Source: a virus. Taken from it: a stretch of DNA of 64,000 nucleotides. Position numbers and translations under genes: made by a program. The notes beneath the pieces were generated by a model. It saw only the letters and a list, made by a program, of their open reading frames with translations. It ran no database searches and was not told the origin of the DNA. Location of the stretch: positions 1 through 64,000 of the IMG/VR virus record IMGVR_UViG_3300000228_000003, one strand, 5' to 3'. Positions 27,657 to 38,417 of this stretch are shown piece after piece (position 1 is the stretch's first letter; each line of letters opens with the position of its first letter).

Positions 27657-29144
27657 ATGGCAAAAGACGATAATACTATTAGACCAACTTATGGCGATAA
27701 CGTGGCACCAAGCTTACCTATAAATGTAGGTTGTTTACAAGATATACCTAATAGCACTATAGTAACTGGTGCTAAAGGGGAAAAGATAATACTAGGCGGA
27801 TATAACAAAATAGATTGTGAAGTAGGCCCTGCTAATTGCTTTAAATCTACACTTATGAATTACATAGCAGGTGCAGCTCTTAATGTTGTGTGTGCTGATT
27901 ATCCAGAACTAACATCATTAACTACCTACGATACAGAGGTAAACGGTATAGTAGATAGACTAGAAAAGTTATTATCAATATTTCCTTATATACCAAAATA
28001 TCCAATTACGGAAAATGGTATATGGATATATCGTACTAAAGCATCAGACGACGGTGATAAATGGGCTGCTAGTACACTAGAATTTTTAGAACAACGTATA
28101 AAAGATAAAAAGGTAGTATCGTATACTGCTTTTAAAGACCAGTATAATAAAGCAGAGGTTTATAAAGCTAAAGTACCTATATTTTTTCAGATAGATAGCT
28201 GGTCAGAGTTCGAGTCTGGTGATACATTTAATAAGCTTATGCATATGGGAGAAAATAATACTAATACGATATTCGCTACACAGGGGCTATTTAAAACTAA
28301 ATTATTCCAATTACTACCAGCACTAACAACAAGAGCTAATGTTAAGTTCCAGTTAACTGCGCAGATAGGCGAAAATATAGATATGGCAACAGGACCAGCT
28401 GCTTATATTAAACCAACTAAAAAATTACAATATCTTAATAGTGGAGATGTAATAAAAGGTGTTAGTAATAAGTTTAATTACTTACCATCTATAGTATACT
28501 TTATGAGTCCGTCAAGAGTTTTAAAAAACGCATCCACTGGTGAGCAAGAGTATCCTGATACAGCACTTGGTGTTTTTGTGCAAGATTTAAATATTATAAC
28601 TATAACACCATTACGTAATAAAGCTGGTAATAGTGGTATAGGAACACAATTAATAATTTCACAAACAGAGGGCGTGCTAGCGTCATTATCAGAATTTCAT
28701 TTTATAAAGGAACACGATAGGTTTGGTATTAGTGGTACACTACAACACTATGCTTTAGATTTATATCCAGAATGTAAATTAAGTAGAACAACTATTAGAG
28801 ATAAGATAAATAAAGATTGGAAGCTAAGAAGATGTTTACAAATAACTGCGGATTTACTGCAGTTACAAATGTATAAACCGACATACGCAACTACTATGTC
28901 AGTAGGTGATTTATATAAAAAGATTATAGACTTAGGATATGATTGGGATATTCTTTTAAGAACTAGACCATATTGGTGTATCGACCAATATAATGGAAAT
29001 AAACCCCCATTTTTATCAGTAATAGACTTAATAGAAATGGTTGAAATTGATAAAAAACCTTATTTTTTAGATGAAAATAAGAAACCACTTAAGGAATATA
29101 AAGAGGCAATGAATAATGTAGAAGCGCATATGCGTAAAAATTAA
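27657..29144 (+). CDS. uvsX: UvsX/RecA-like recombinase (phiKZ gp152-like)
   Basis: INVGCLQDIP..G..GE.I..GG N-terminus, Walker A GPANCFKST, YDTE, Walker B QIDSWSEF. Confidence 0.85.
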   Translation: MAKDDNTIRPTYGDNVAPSLPINVGCLQDIPNSTIVTGAKGEKIILGGYNKIDCEVGPANCFKSTLMNYIAGAALNVVCADYPELTSLTTYDTEVNGIVDRLEKLLSIFPYIPKYPITENGIWIYRTKASDDGDKWAASTLEFLEQRIKDKKVVSYTAFKDQYNKAEVYKAKVPIFFQIDSWSEFESGDTFNKLMHMGENNTNTIFATQGLFKTKLFQLLPALTTRANVKFQLTAQIGENIDMATGPAAYIKPTKKLQYLNSGDVIKGVSNKFNYLPSIVYFMSPSRVLKNASTGEQEYPDTALGVFVQDLNIITITPLRNKAGNSGIGTQLIISQTEGVLASLSEFHFIKEHDRFGISGTLQHYALDLYPECKLSRTTIRDKINKDWKLRRCLQITADLLQLQMYKPTYATTMSVGDLYKKIIDLGYDWDILLRTRPYWCIDQYNGNKPPFLSVIDLIEMVEIDKKPYFLDENKKPLKEYKEAMNNVEAHMRKN

Positions 29145-29155
29145 GGACTAATTAA

Positions 29156-29494
29156 ATGGAACCAGTAGAAATAGGCATAGTTATTAAGGAATTAAAAATT
29201 ACACAACCACCACCTATACAAGATATTATATCTGATATAGGAAATAAGATTAAAGAACGGTCAACTAGCGATTATTTTAATTTTACTACACATGTAAAAA
29301 CAGAAGCTATAGATAAACAACCAGCTATTGACCAAATTAAGAGTATAAGAGTATTTATAAAATTATTAGCAGAGCTACATAAGAAGAATGTTAATTTATT
29401 TCTAGTGTCTGATGTGTCAAATGAAAACTTAGCTGGCGCCGTGCTCGATATGAAAACGGCTATAAAGAACATATATAATAATAAGGCTAATTAA
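29156..29494 (+). CDS. Hypothetical protein
   Basis: 112 aa; AAGGA RBS. Confidence 0.65.
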   Translation: MEPVEIGIVIKELKITQPPPIQDIISDIGNKIKERSTSDYFNFTTHVKTEAIDKQPAIDQIKSIRVFIKLLAELHKKNVNLFLVSDVSNENLAGAVLDMKTAIKNIYNNKAN

Positions 29495-29496
29495 AG

Positions 29497-30330
29497 ATGA
29501 ATGATAATAGAATAACCAGAGTAGTTGAACTATATGATAATAATACTAATAAAAACCTTTTACAAAATATAACTGTTAATATATTATTAGAAAGTGGATT
29601 ACCAGTATTTGTTAATATTAATAAAACAGTAGAGCGCTGTAACATTGCATTACATAGTGACTTAGCTGGCTTTATAAATATAAATGACATAGTAGGTATT
29701 ATTACAGACCAAGAGTATTTAGCACTACATGGAGTAGAAAGATTTAATTTCGTAACTGCTATTTATGGAGGATTTGGCAACAGTAGAGTAGTTATGTATT
29801 ATGATAAGAAATATAGTGATATAATTTTAATACCAGACCAAACTGATTTAATTATAAACGATAGTATCTTATCAGGATGCGCGTATGCTGTACTAGGTAA
29901 ATGTATAACTAACCTAGTAGATGTTAGACAACACACACAGAGACTAGATGACCCAGTGTTACCATTAATTAAAGATACAAGTATTACTAATAATATCAGC
30001 AGTACTAAGACTACGTTTACACCCGTAAGCATTAGTGTTGCTGATATATATGGTGTAAATCCTGGTGTTAGTACTAGGATATTTACCTATCTTGAGCAGT
30101 CTATTACAAACAGTACAACAGGTGTGTCTAGTAATTATGGTATCCAAAATCTTAACGGAGATGTAGTTGTGTGTATAAATCTTGGTAAAGAGAGCGATAT
30201 ATTTGATGTACCTAATAACACACTGCCACTAGCAGGCTTTTATAGAAGAGGTTTCGGAACTACAGACATAATGTATTTTGGCAGTAAAAAACCAGCAGAC
30301 TTTGATTTATGGATTATACTAAAACTTTAA
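29497..30330 (+). CDS. Hypothetical protein
   Basis: 277 aa; no recognised motif. Confidence 0.7.
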   Translation: MNDNRITRVVELYDNNTNKNLLQNITVNILLESGLPVFVNINKTVERCNIALHSDLAGFININDIVGIITDQEYLALHGVERFNFVTAIYGGFGNSRVVMYYDKKYSDIILIPDQTDLIINDSILSGCAYAVLGKCITNLVDVRQHTQRLDDPVLPLIKDTSITNNISSTKTTFTPVSISVADIYGVNPGVSTRIFTYLEQSITNSTTGVSSNYGIQNLNGDVVVCINLGKESDIFDVPNNTLPLAGFYRRGFGTTDIMYFGSKKPADFDLWIILKL

Positions 30331-30335
30331 CTACC

Positions 30336-30367
30336 AGTATACTTGGTGAGTAATCACCAAGTATACT
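30336..30367 (+). terminator. Hairpin with 14-bp stem and GTAA (GNRA) loop
   Basis: AGTATACTTGGTGA-GTAA-TCACCAAGTATACT. Confidence 0.7.
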
Positions 30368-30455
30368 ATGCTGCGCTTTTTCCAATTTATTTTAATTTTA
30401 TATTATTAATATAGAACAGCTATACGATGTTACTAAAACAAAAAGGATTTATAAT

Positions 30456-30788
30456 ATGTCAATATTAGAAGAAACAGTTATCGCAGAAATGCGAAAAGAC
30501 AGTATGTTAATTCAAGAGACATCGGACGAGACTATACTGATAGCTCTTAAAGGGCTAAAGAGAGTATATGGTTTGTTCTGTAACATGCAGTTTGATAGGG
30601 GTAGCTTTGACCCTATCTTCTTCGACAGTATCGAGGCGTTATCTGCCGCCACAGTAACAGTGGTAGTAAGTTTATATGGTATGAACGCTTCTGTCGGTAT
30701 TACAGAGTTCCTTAATGAGAACTCTGTAAATGACCAGCCTCGCGGTGTTTTCTTAGCGAGGATACTGGATAAACTACCAGTTGCTTAG
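30456..30788 (+). CDS. 110-aa hypothetical protein, cassette copy 2
   Basis: Paralog of 23070-23402 with matching promoter (30399) and hairpin (30792-30819). Confidence 0.8.
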   Translation: MSILEETVIAEMRKDSMLIQETSDETILIALKGLKRVYGLFCNMQFDRGSFDPIFFDSIEALSAATVTVVVSLYGMNASVGITEFLNENSVNDQPRGVFLARILDKLPVA

Positions 30789-30835
30789 TAAGTATAAGAG
30801 AGATTACTCTCTCTTATACCTCTGTTGTATTTTTT

Positions 30836-33658
30836 TTATATTTGGTTAATGATAAGATTATAAGCATAGCTTACTATGTACTCACCAGACTTATTTATAC
30901 TTAATCTTTTTTTTAAGCATAGTCTATCTTCTTTATTAGTAAATATCAAAAACTTAGCCTCGTCGTTAATATCTATACTAGATATCTTAACACCAAGTAT
31001 TTTTTCACCAATGAACTGTTTTATTTTATCTTCTAAAACAGATATATCTAAATAACTATTATCTAAAAATAAATGTATAATTTTACCTAGAGTATGACTA
31101 TATTGCCCTATCTCTTCTATAGATAGTGTGCTACCTTTAGTATATAATATTACATCAGGTACTACATAATACGGGAGATAATGCGTGCTTTTATTAACAG
31201 TCACACTAACAGGGTTAACCGTATTAAGCGGTTTATATTGCACTATAGTGTTTTCTAGTACTATCTTATTCATAACAGCTAAGTCATCAGTTAGCCAGCT
31301 ATTGATATTATTATAAAATACTTTTCTGTATGTGTTATAAACATCTGAATTAGCATATAGAAAATCTAGTTCTAATAGTGTTATGTCCAATGCTCTCTCT
31401 ACCCCAGCATCGACATCTATTACAGGTACTCCGTTAGTATCAAGAACTAGGTCGTCTTTGTAATGTTTAATAATAGGAGTATCATCAGTGTTTAACATAG
31501 TAGTACCTGCTCTATGCAATATATTTCTAACAATTGAACCATCTACTATTTTTATAGTAGTACCATTACTAAAAACTTCATAAACGTCGTTTTCATAAGT
31601 CATAGGTACATCGGCTGCGTACGTTAAAAACTTTCTGCCTATATATGATGTTCTAACTCTATTCCATAGATACTTAAGATTAGTACCAAGTGTGTACTTT
31701 AATAAGTCTTTACTAACAACAATAAAGTTAGAACTAGTGTTAGTGACGATTTCACTTCTTAAGAAGGTACTTGTATTTATAGTGTTATCTATAAACAAAT
31801 GTATGTATACACTACCTACTAACGGCAGTAGTTTATTATATACATTACTAGTACCATTATTAATAATGATGTAATCGTTGTCTATAAAAAAGTCAGTACT
31901 TATATTAAACTCGTAAAAACCAGTATCAATATTACGCATACCTAAAAAACTAGCTTTAGCATCAGTACCATATAACATAAAAGTTGCTTGTAGTTTAATA
32001 TCGTTTATGTTGTGTGCACTAACATATGTATTAGCTAATAAATCTATAACTAATTTATAGCCAGTGTCTGTTTTATAAATACCATACCTGTTTATATTAG
32101 CATTTTCAGGAACACTAGTATTTCTATCTACAATACTATATGTCGTTATAGCCGGACTATCTAAATCATATACTACAGATGTGACAACAGTATCATCTTT
32201 CTTTATGACATAGTAATACGGCGTATAGAAGTATCTGTTGTCATCTAGTAAAGTTATAAAATCAACACCTGTGCTACTATTAATAATATCGAGTTCCTCT
32301 TGATTAACTATAGATATAACGCTGTTGTTCTCTTTAAAGACAGCGCCTGATTTTACTACTATATATTTATCATTATGTATTATGTGTGGATTATTATAGG
32401 CATCTTTAGATATATTAACAGTACAACAAAATATATCCGGAGAAGCGTGTATTAATGGGTCTGAACTCTCTGGTAAGTTTTTACTAGCAACATACACCCT
32501 AGAAGTTATTACATCTAAAGCTTTTGTAATTTCAAAACCATTATAACTACCGTATTTCATTAAGTTATGGAACGTAACTGGTACATCTACAGGACCAGTA
32601 CTATTATACACTATAGACTCTCTAAGTTCTTTTAAGGGCATACCATTTTTACCACCCTCGCTAGAACCACGAGACATAACGTGCATAAGCACACTTCTAC
32701 TAATAGCACTAGCTGCGTCTTGTGTGGTTTTTCCAAGTATTATACTAAAATCAGTTACTTTAAAAGTATTCAGTGGTAAATTAATATAGCCGGATGTCTC
32801 ATACGTATCTATTTGTATATTACCAGTTAATCTTAAATTTATAGAATACAAGTCTGGTATTCTATAATACAACGACTTATCTACACTGTTGATATATATA
32901 GTTGGTGTATTAATGTCTATGTAATCTTCTACTAAAGATTTTTTAAGCTTTATATTACCAGATAATGTATTATACATAGCGTCTGTAAAGTAATACCAAC
33001 TAGATAGTAATAATGTTTTTTTATACCCGTTGTTATCTAAGATAACATCGTTAATAGTACTGCGGTATACTTGCTTTATTCTGGTCTCTAAGACTATCCA
33101 AGTTTTACCATCTGCGTCGTTAAATTTTTCACATGGTAATATACTTAAATCTGATATAGAAATATCTAAATCATTATTATGTTGTACAGCGTACACACTA
33201 CCATTATTGTAAAGACGCACCTCTATATCATTAAGTAATGTAAAAGTATAACCACCAACAACTATTTCTGTAAATATAGGTATTTTAAACATTGTGTAAT
33301 TACCATCTATATTTTCTATACCATTATCTCTAACATCTATTAAATTAATATAGAACACAAAAGGGGCTTCTGATGGCATAGCAAACATACCTTCTAATTC
33401 TTTATCTGTTATATGTCTAAATATTTCTTCAGGTGAAGATGCTAAGTTTGGGTATATTGACCTAGTAGTGACATGGTTTTCCATTTTTAAACTAGCACCT
33501 ATAGCAGACGTTGCTTCTAGTAACATAGTAAATGGGTTAGTTGCATCTTTTACATATAAAGTTCCGTCACTAGCTGTGTCTATCATACCCAGTATAGTGC
33601 GTTGCACCTGTGTTGGGTCGTCTAATATACTTCGTATATCTATAATAACGTTTTCCAT
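30836..33658 (-). CDS. Large virion structural protein, baseplate wedge-like (phiKZ gp87-like)
   Basis: 940 aa; D.TNPFTMLLEA motif; divergent from the head-protein cluster as in phiKZ. Confidence 0.65.
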   Translation of the reverse strand: MENVIIDIRSILDDPTQVQRTILGMIDTASDGTLYVKDATNPFTMLLEATSAIGASLKMENHVTTRSIYPNLASSPEEIFRHITDKELEGMFAMPSEAPFVFYINLIDVRDNGIENIDGNYTMFKIPIFTEIVVGGYTFTLLNDIEVRLYNNGSVYAVQHNNDLDISISDLSILPCEKFNDADGKTWIVLETRIKQVYRSTINDVILDNNGYKKTLLLSSWYYFTDAMYNTLSGNIKLKKSLVEDYIDINTPTIYINSVDKSLYYRIPDLYSINLRLTGNIQIDTYETSGYINLPLNTFKVTDFSIILGKTTQDAASAISRSVLMHVMSRGSSEGGKNGMPLKELRESIVYNSTGPVDVPVTFHNLMKYGSYNGFEITKALDVITSRVYVASKNLPESSDPLIHASPDIFCCTVNISKDAYNNPHIIHNDKYIVVKSGAVFKENNSVISIVNQEELDIINSSTGVDFITLLDDNRYFYTPYYYVIKKDDTVVTSVVYDLDSPAITTYSIVDRNTSVPENANINRYGIYKTDTGYKLVIDLLANTYVSAHNINDIKLQATFMLYGTDAKASFLGMRNIDTGFYEFNISTDFFIDNDYIIINNGTSNVYNKLLPLVGSVYIHLFIDNTINTSTFLRSEIVTNTSSNFIVVSKDLLKYTLGTNLKYLWNRVRTSYIGRKFLTYAADVPMTYENDVYEVFSNGTTIKIVDGSIVRNILHRAGTTMLNTDDTPIIKHYKDDLVLDTNGVPVIDVDAGVERALDITLLELDFLYANSDVYNTYRKVFYNNINSWLTDDLAVMNKIVLENTIVQYKPLNTVNPVSVTVNKSTHYLPYYVVPDVILYTKGSTLSIEEIGQYSHTLGKIIHLFLDNSYLDISVLEDKIKQFIGEKILGVKISSIDINDEAKFLIFTNKEDRLCLKKRLSINKSGEYIVSYAYNLIINQI

Positions 33659-33663
33659 ATTAT

Positions 33664-34740
33664 TTATCCTTTACTATAAATTTTTACCAATTCTTTATAG
33701 GTGTGACTATCTTTCTTTATCCACCATTCTAATTCGCCATTTGACGTATTTATCCTAGGATACGCTCTATTACTAACTGCCTGTAATAGTGATTTAGGTA
33801 CTTTTTCCATCATATTAGTATCTTCATTAGTTTCTAATTTTAACATATCCTTATTAAATATACCTACAGCTTGGTTAAACTCATACATCAGTATATCCTC
33901 ATTGTACATAGCACCAAATGATTTAAACCTAATAGGTATTGTTCTTATTGTGTCGTTATAAACAGTACTATTAGCAGTAATGTCAAACACACCACCTAGT
34001 GGTATATTGATAGGAAAACTAGCCCCAGTAGTAGCTATGTATTTTACATGCGTGAGTGTTTCATCTAGTATTAGAACATAAATTCTTGTTTGGTAATCTA
34101 TTTCATTCTCTGCTATAAAGTCCATGTATTTAGACATTTTACCTTCGTATATAAGTGTCATATATTTCGTCCAAGTACTAAGCAACAACATTAGTGTGTC
34201 GTCTTGTACATTATTAAATGTAGCATTAATATCATAACTGCCATACAACTCCATACTACCATCGGCTATACCCCATCTTTGCCCACGCATACCCTCTTTA
34301 CTCTCATACGTCGGAACGATAGGGTCTGGCCATCCAGATAATGATAGTAGTGAGTTAGATAGTAAAGGTATAAAGCAATTCTCTTCATCCACTAATGCTG
34401 ATTTACCTAATGGTCCAGTACTAAGTCTTGGGTCTAATATTCTACGAACATAACCATGTGCTGAATTGCTATTTGTACTTAACATATTATAAAAACTTCT
34501 TACATTAGCTAAGTTAACATTTGTTAAGTTTAGTTGCGGTCTAGTAAAAAATACTTTACCATACACCGTTTTAGAAATAGACGCGCTATTTTTACCGCCT
34601 GTGTTTAGACCATAAAGCGTGTTACTTATAGCTCTGTCTTTAGAATTTATAGGTTGCGTATAAGTAAAAAAATTATCTAATGTAGAAACTCTACTTAGAT
34701 TAAAATTAACAAAAGGATTTAATTTTTCTAAAACAGCCAA
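33664..34740 (-). CDS. Virion structural protein, baseplate/tube-related (phiKZ gp88-like)
   Basis: FFTRPQLNL, SLSGWPD, YQTRIY motifs; synteny. Confidence 0.65.
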   Translation of the reverse strand: MAVLEKLNPFVNFNLSRVSTLDNFFTYTQPINSKDRAISNTLYGLNTGGKNSASISKTVYGKVFFTRPQLNLTNVNLANVRSFYNMLSTNSNSAHGYVRRILDPRLSTGPLGKSALVDEENCFIPLLSNSLLSLSGWPDPIVPTYESKEGMRGQRWGIADGSMELYGSYDINATFNNVQDDTLMLLLSTWTKYMTLIYEGKMSKYMDFIAENEIDYQTRIYVLILDETLTHVKYIATTGASFPINIPLGGVFDITANSTVYNDTIRTIPIRFKSFGAMYNEDILMYEFNQAVGIFNKDMLKLETNEDTNMMEKVPKSLLQAVSNRAYPRINTSNGELEWWIKKDSHTYKELVKIYSKG

Positions 34741-34801
34741 GTTTATATCCTCCTTCTAGGCGGTATTTCAATGAAAATTCAGATTAATATGGAGAAAACA
34801 T

Positions 34802-36088
34802 ATGATAGAACAGGTTATTGGGTTAGGTACAGGGCTAGTAAATCTATTAAAAATAAATGATGTTTTACAAAATAGCAGCGACATTACTGACATAGATACT
34901 AAGTTAAGAGAGTTACGAGACAATAATAATAAATATGCATTATTAAAAACTAAAGGCTCTATAGTAAGACTTACAAAAACTTTACAAATAACACCTACGG
35001 TGATTATTTCTAAAACTTTACAAAGAGAAGAAATAATACAAAGAATAATATCTGCTAATTTAGATTTATTTACAGCTTTTTTTACACAAGCATTCAATAT
35101 GATAACTGGTATATATGGAGAAAAGCCATCGTATGCTCTGTCTATACTAAGTACTGAGTCAACTACAGAAGTAGTAGCTAGAGACGCTATAAAAAATATC
35201 TTTAGTGGTGGGCATCTAGGTGTTACTTTTGAAGATGATGACACGTCTTTAACAGATATGTTACTAGATGACAGTGTAGTAGGTAGACCAACTAAGAGAC
35301 CTATTAATGGTGATGTAGCGGGTAACACTTCGGTATCTACTAGAGGCAATGATTTTAAAGACACATTACTCAGCAGTATATATATGCGAGAAATTATGAT
35401 AAAAGTAGACTTACCATACGGTGTAATAACTAATAAAAATGAGTTCGAAGAAGCAAAAAAATCAAATAAGAATGTTGAACCTATCTTTAAAGAGATGGGT
35501 AAAAAGACTATAGAGCTACCATTACTAATAAGAGCTAATATAAAATATATTGAACCATCTAGTTTTTACGACGCTATATCTACTAACAACACTAGAAGAA
35601 AAATAGGTTTTAGATTTAACGAATGGCGTTCTGGTTTATTGTCTTTAAAAGATTTATTATTAGCAGATGATTTAATAACAGAGTATGGTAAAGCTGCTTT
35701 TAGAGATAGAGATGATTTATTAAATTTTATTAATAACAAAAACGCAGCGGCTAATAGTAAGTTATTGATGGATAGAACTATTGGATTTCAGAAATACTAT
35801 AATATGCTGATTATTGATAAAACAGAAGCAATTTACGCGTCAAGAGAAATGATGGGTGATATAACAACTGAAAAGAATAAAGACAATTTCTTAAATGCTA
35901 TAGGTGGATTAATGTTTAGTGTAGTAGATACATCTTGGGAAGTAGTTGATATACATATAAGAGATTTAAAAGGTGTTTCTAGCGTTAGTTTTAAAAATCT
36001 TAAAAAAGGTGGTAAGAACGATAGTGTCGTTAATGAGCTAACAGACGTGTTCAAAAGTATGATGATGAACAGAGCGCCGTCTTTTTAA
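34802..36088 (+). CDS. Head/inner-body protein (phiKZ gp89-like)
   Basis: 428 aa; VTFE processing-type site; synteny. Confidence 0.6.
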   Translation: MIEQVIGLGTGLVNLLKINDVLQNSSDITDIDTKLRELRDNNNKYALLKTKGSIVRLTKTLQITPTVIISKTLQREEIIQRIISANLDLFTAFFTQAFNMITGIYGEKPSYALSILSTESTTEVVARDAIKNIFSGGHLGVTFEDDDTSLTDMLLDDSVVGRPTKRPINGDVAGNTSVSTRGNDFKDTLLSSIYMREIMIKVDLPYGVITNKNEFEEAKKSNKNVEPIFKEMGKKTIELPLLIRANIKYIEPSSFYDAISTNNTRRKIGFRFNEWRSGLLSLKDLLLADDLITEYGKAAFRDRDDLLNFINNKNAAANSKLLMDRTIGFQKYYNMLIIDKTEAIYASREMMGDITTEKNKDNFLNAIGGLMFSVVDTSWEVVDIHIRDLKGVSSVSFKNLKKGGKNDSVVNELTDVFKSMMMNRAPSF

Positions 36089-36108
36089 ATAAATAAATAA
36101 GGATAAAC

Positions 36109-37005
36109 ATGCTAAGTGATGTAATAGAGTATTTTAAAGATATTTATACGTCTTTTACAAAAGATAATACACTAAGAGCCGTATCGCAACTAGCCACAGC
36201 TCTTAGTAGTGATGTGATACCAGCTTTAACTATGTTAGATAGTAATTCTAATTTAGAGGTAATAAAAAGAAGCGTACTGCTAACTAATATTAATAAATTA
36301 GCTAAACTAGGTGCCAAGGATAATGTGGAGTTAATTTCAATCTTGTTAGAGCGATTTAAAATATACGAAAAAAAGTGTCAAGATTTAGAAGAACTAGTAG
36401 AAAGTAATCTAGCTAATTACACAGCTAACACTGGTACTAGTCTAAAAGATATAACCATACTAAAAGTTATAGAAGATATATCAGATTTAACACTTTATAC
36501 ACTAGATATTATAGACTATATTTTATTAAATGGTGGCGATAGTAATAACTATCCAGCTGCTAAAATAAAATATATTAAAGAAGGTGTGTATCCATATGTT
36601 AAACTTTTAGATTATTATACTAGAGAAAAGTTGACATCCATTATAAAAATTATACCAAAATTATCTGATAAAACAGTGGATGTTGTCAATAATAAAAAAA
36701 GTATGGTTATGACATTATTTGGTAAAACAAGTAGTGATGTAGAAAATTTACCTATCAACGGATTTATAGGTAATCCTATCTACCATATAAGAATATATAT
36801 GGTAGATAAAGAAATAGCTAAATATAAAATACTAAAAGATAAAAAGAAACTTATAGAACTTAGGATATTGGAACTTAAAGCAAAAGAACAATCTGCACCA
36901 ATAGAAGAAAAGAGTAGATTAGAAACAGCTATAGAGTATCACACTAAGATGTTATTAGAGCAAGAACGCTCTTTAGAAAAAGTAGAAAAGAAATATGGAG
37001 GATAA
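36109..37005 (+). CDS. Head/inner-body protein (phiKZ gp90-like)
   Basis: 298 aa; GFIGNPIYHIR and C-terminal coiled coil; synteny. Confidence 0.6.
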   Translation: MLSDVIEYFKDIYTSFTKDNTLRAVSQLATALSSDVIPALTMLDSNSNLEVIKRSVLLTNINKLAKLGAKDNVELISILLERFKIYEKKCQDLEELVESNLANYTANTGTSLKDITILKVIEDISDLTLYTLDIIDYILLNGGDSNNYPAAKIKYIKEGVYPYVKLLDYYTREKLTSIIKIIPKLSDKTVDVVNNKKSMVMTLFGKTSSDVENLPINGFIGNPIYHIRIYMVDKEIAKYKILKDKKKLIELRILELKAKEQSAPIEEKSRLETAIEYHTKMLLEQERSLEKVEKKYGG

Positions 37006-37008
37006 GAT

Positions 37009-38406
37009 ATGTTGGATAATAGTTATTTAAAAAAAGATATTGAACCGGCAACACCCGTAATACCAATCGGTAATACTGATATAGTATTATCATTAGAATC
37101 TGTAGAACGAGCTACTTTTGTAGTAGATAACGATTTTGATACTAATATTACTACACTTGAAGCAGCGTATAGTGTATTATCAGGTACATTTTATAAAGTT
37201 TCTAGTAAACTAAATATGTTAAAAAACAACGAGTGTACTGTTGAAGAACTTGGGTTAATACAACTTAATATGTTTTTAGCACATGAAACACTATGTACTC
37301 TTGGTGTAAAAAGTGAAGAACTAAATTTACCAACATTTGAACATAATTATGATAGTAAATTATTAGCCAGTAACATCACGTATGAGGGTGTAGTTGATTT
37401 TATAACAAGAATGTTCGAAATGCTAGGAAGACTATTAGAAAGTATCTTTGGTAAAAGACGAGCTATCTCAGCTGGTATATCTAATATAATAAAAAAAGAA
37501 TTAGTACTTAAGAAAATAGATTTATCTAAAGTGCCAGATATAACATTAGTTATAAAAAAAGAAGAACTAGAAACATTATACACAATATACTGCGGTGTTA
37601 TACATACTGCTAATAAATCTCTATTAGAATCAATATTTTTAAGTGCTACTAGTGCTGCTGCCGGTGGAGCTAAGTACATAAAAGCACTACCTAGTTACTA
37701 TAAAGAATTAGAAGTAGCATTCAAAAAGGCGGTAGACGAAGAAGATAGTAACGCTGTGATTGATCTTACTATTGTCAAGTTACCAGAAACAGGCATACTA
37801 GAACCAGGTTACCAAGCAGCTCTTGCTAGTGAAACAACTAGGCATAACACAACAGATACTCCTATTAAAAAATATATACAAGATAATAACTATGGCGCAT
37901 TACAAAGAATATTATTAATAAATAACAATATTTTTATGCTTTGCGCTAAAACTTTTAAAAATTTAACTTTACCAGCATATGTTGCTAGTAAAACTCTTGA
38001 TAGTTTAGAAAAGTTACCAAAAGATGTACTTGCTGGTGAACCTGACACGTCTGAAATACCAGCTAGAGTACTAGCTGAAAGTTTAAATAAACTAATAGAC
38101 GCAATAGCAATTATAAATAGTACATATGAAACAACAAATTATGAAAAAACTATGTTAGAGACAGTTAACACACTACATGAGTACATAAAAAATAAAGTAA
38201 CTAACCAAGATATGGCTAGTGACATAATAATGTTGGCCAACGGATTGTTTAAGGATACAAACGGTAATCCAGGTGGTTTATTTACTTTAAATATGCTTAC
38301 TAAAGAGTCAGGATTAATATCATTAGCTAATGCTACATTTACTATGTATAATAAAAAAATAGAAGAACATAGTAAAAATAACACTCCGCAACCACCAGCT
38401 GCATAA
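37009..38406 (+). CDS. Internal head protein paralog 1 (phiKZ_IP/gp93-like)
   Basis: Acidic propeptide, LSLE and ITYE sites followed by amphipathic helix VVDFITRMFEMLGRLLESIF. Confidence 0.7.
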   Translation: MLDNSYLKKDIEPATPVIPIGNTDIVLSLESVERATFVVDNDFDTNITTLEAAYSVLSGTFYKVSSKLNMLKNNECTVEELGLIQLNMFLAHETLCTLGVKSEELNLPTFEHNYDSKLLASNITYEGVVDFITRMFEMLGRLLESIFGKRRAISAGISNIIKKELVLKKIDLSKVPDITLVIKKEELETLYTIYCGVIHTANKSLLESIFLSATSAAAGGAKYIKALPSYYKELEVAFKKAVDEEDSNAVIDLTIVKLPETGILEPGYQAALASETTRHNTTDTPIKKYIQDNNYGALQRILLINNNIFMLCAKTFKNLTLPAYVASKTLDSLEKLPKDVLAGEPDTSEIPARVLAESLNKLIDAIAIINSTYETTNYEKTMLETVNTLHEYIKNKVTNQDMASDIIMLANGLFKDTNGNPGGLFTLNMLTKESGLISLANATFTMYNKKIEEHSKNNTPQPPAA

Positions 38407-38417
38407 GGAAAGAAAAT

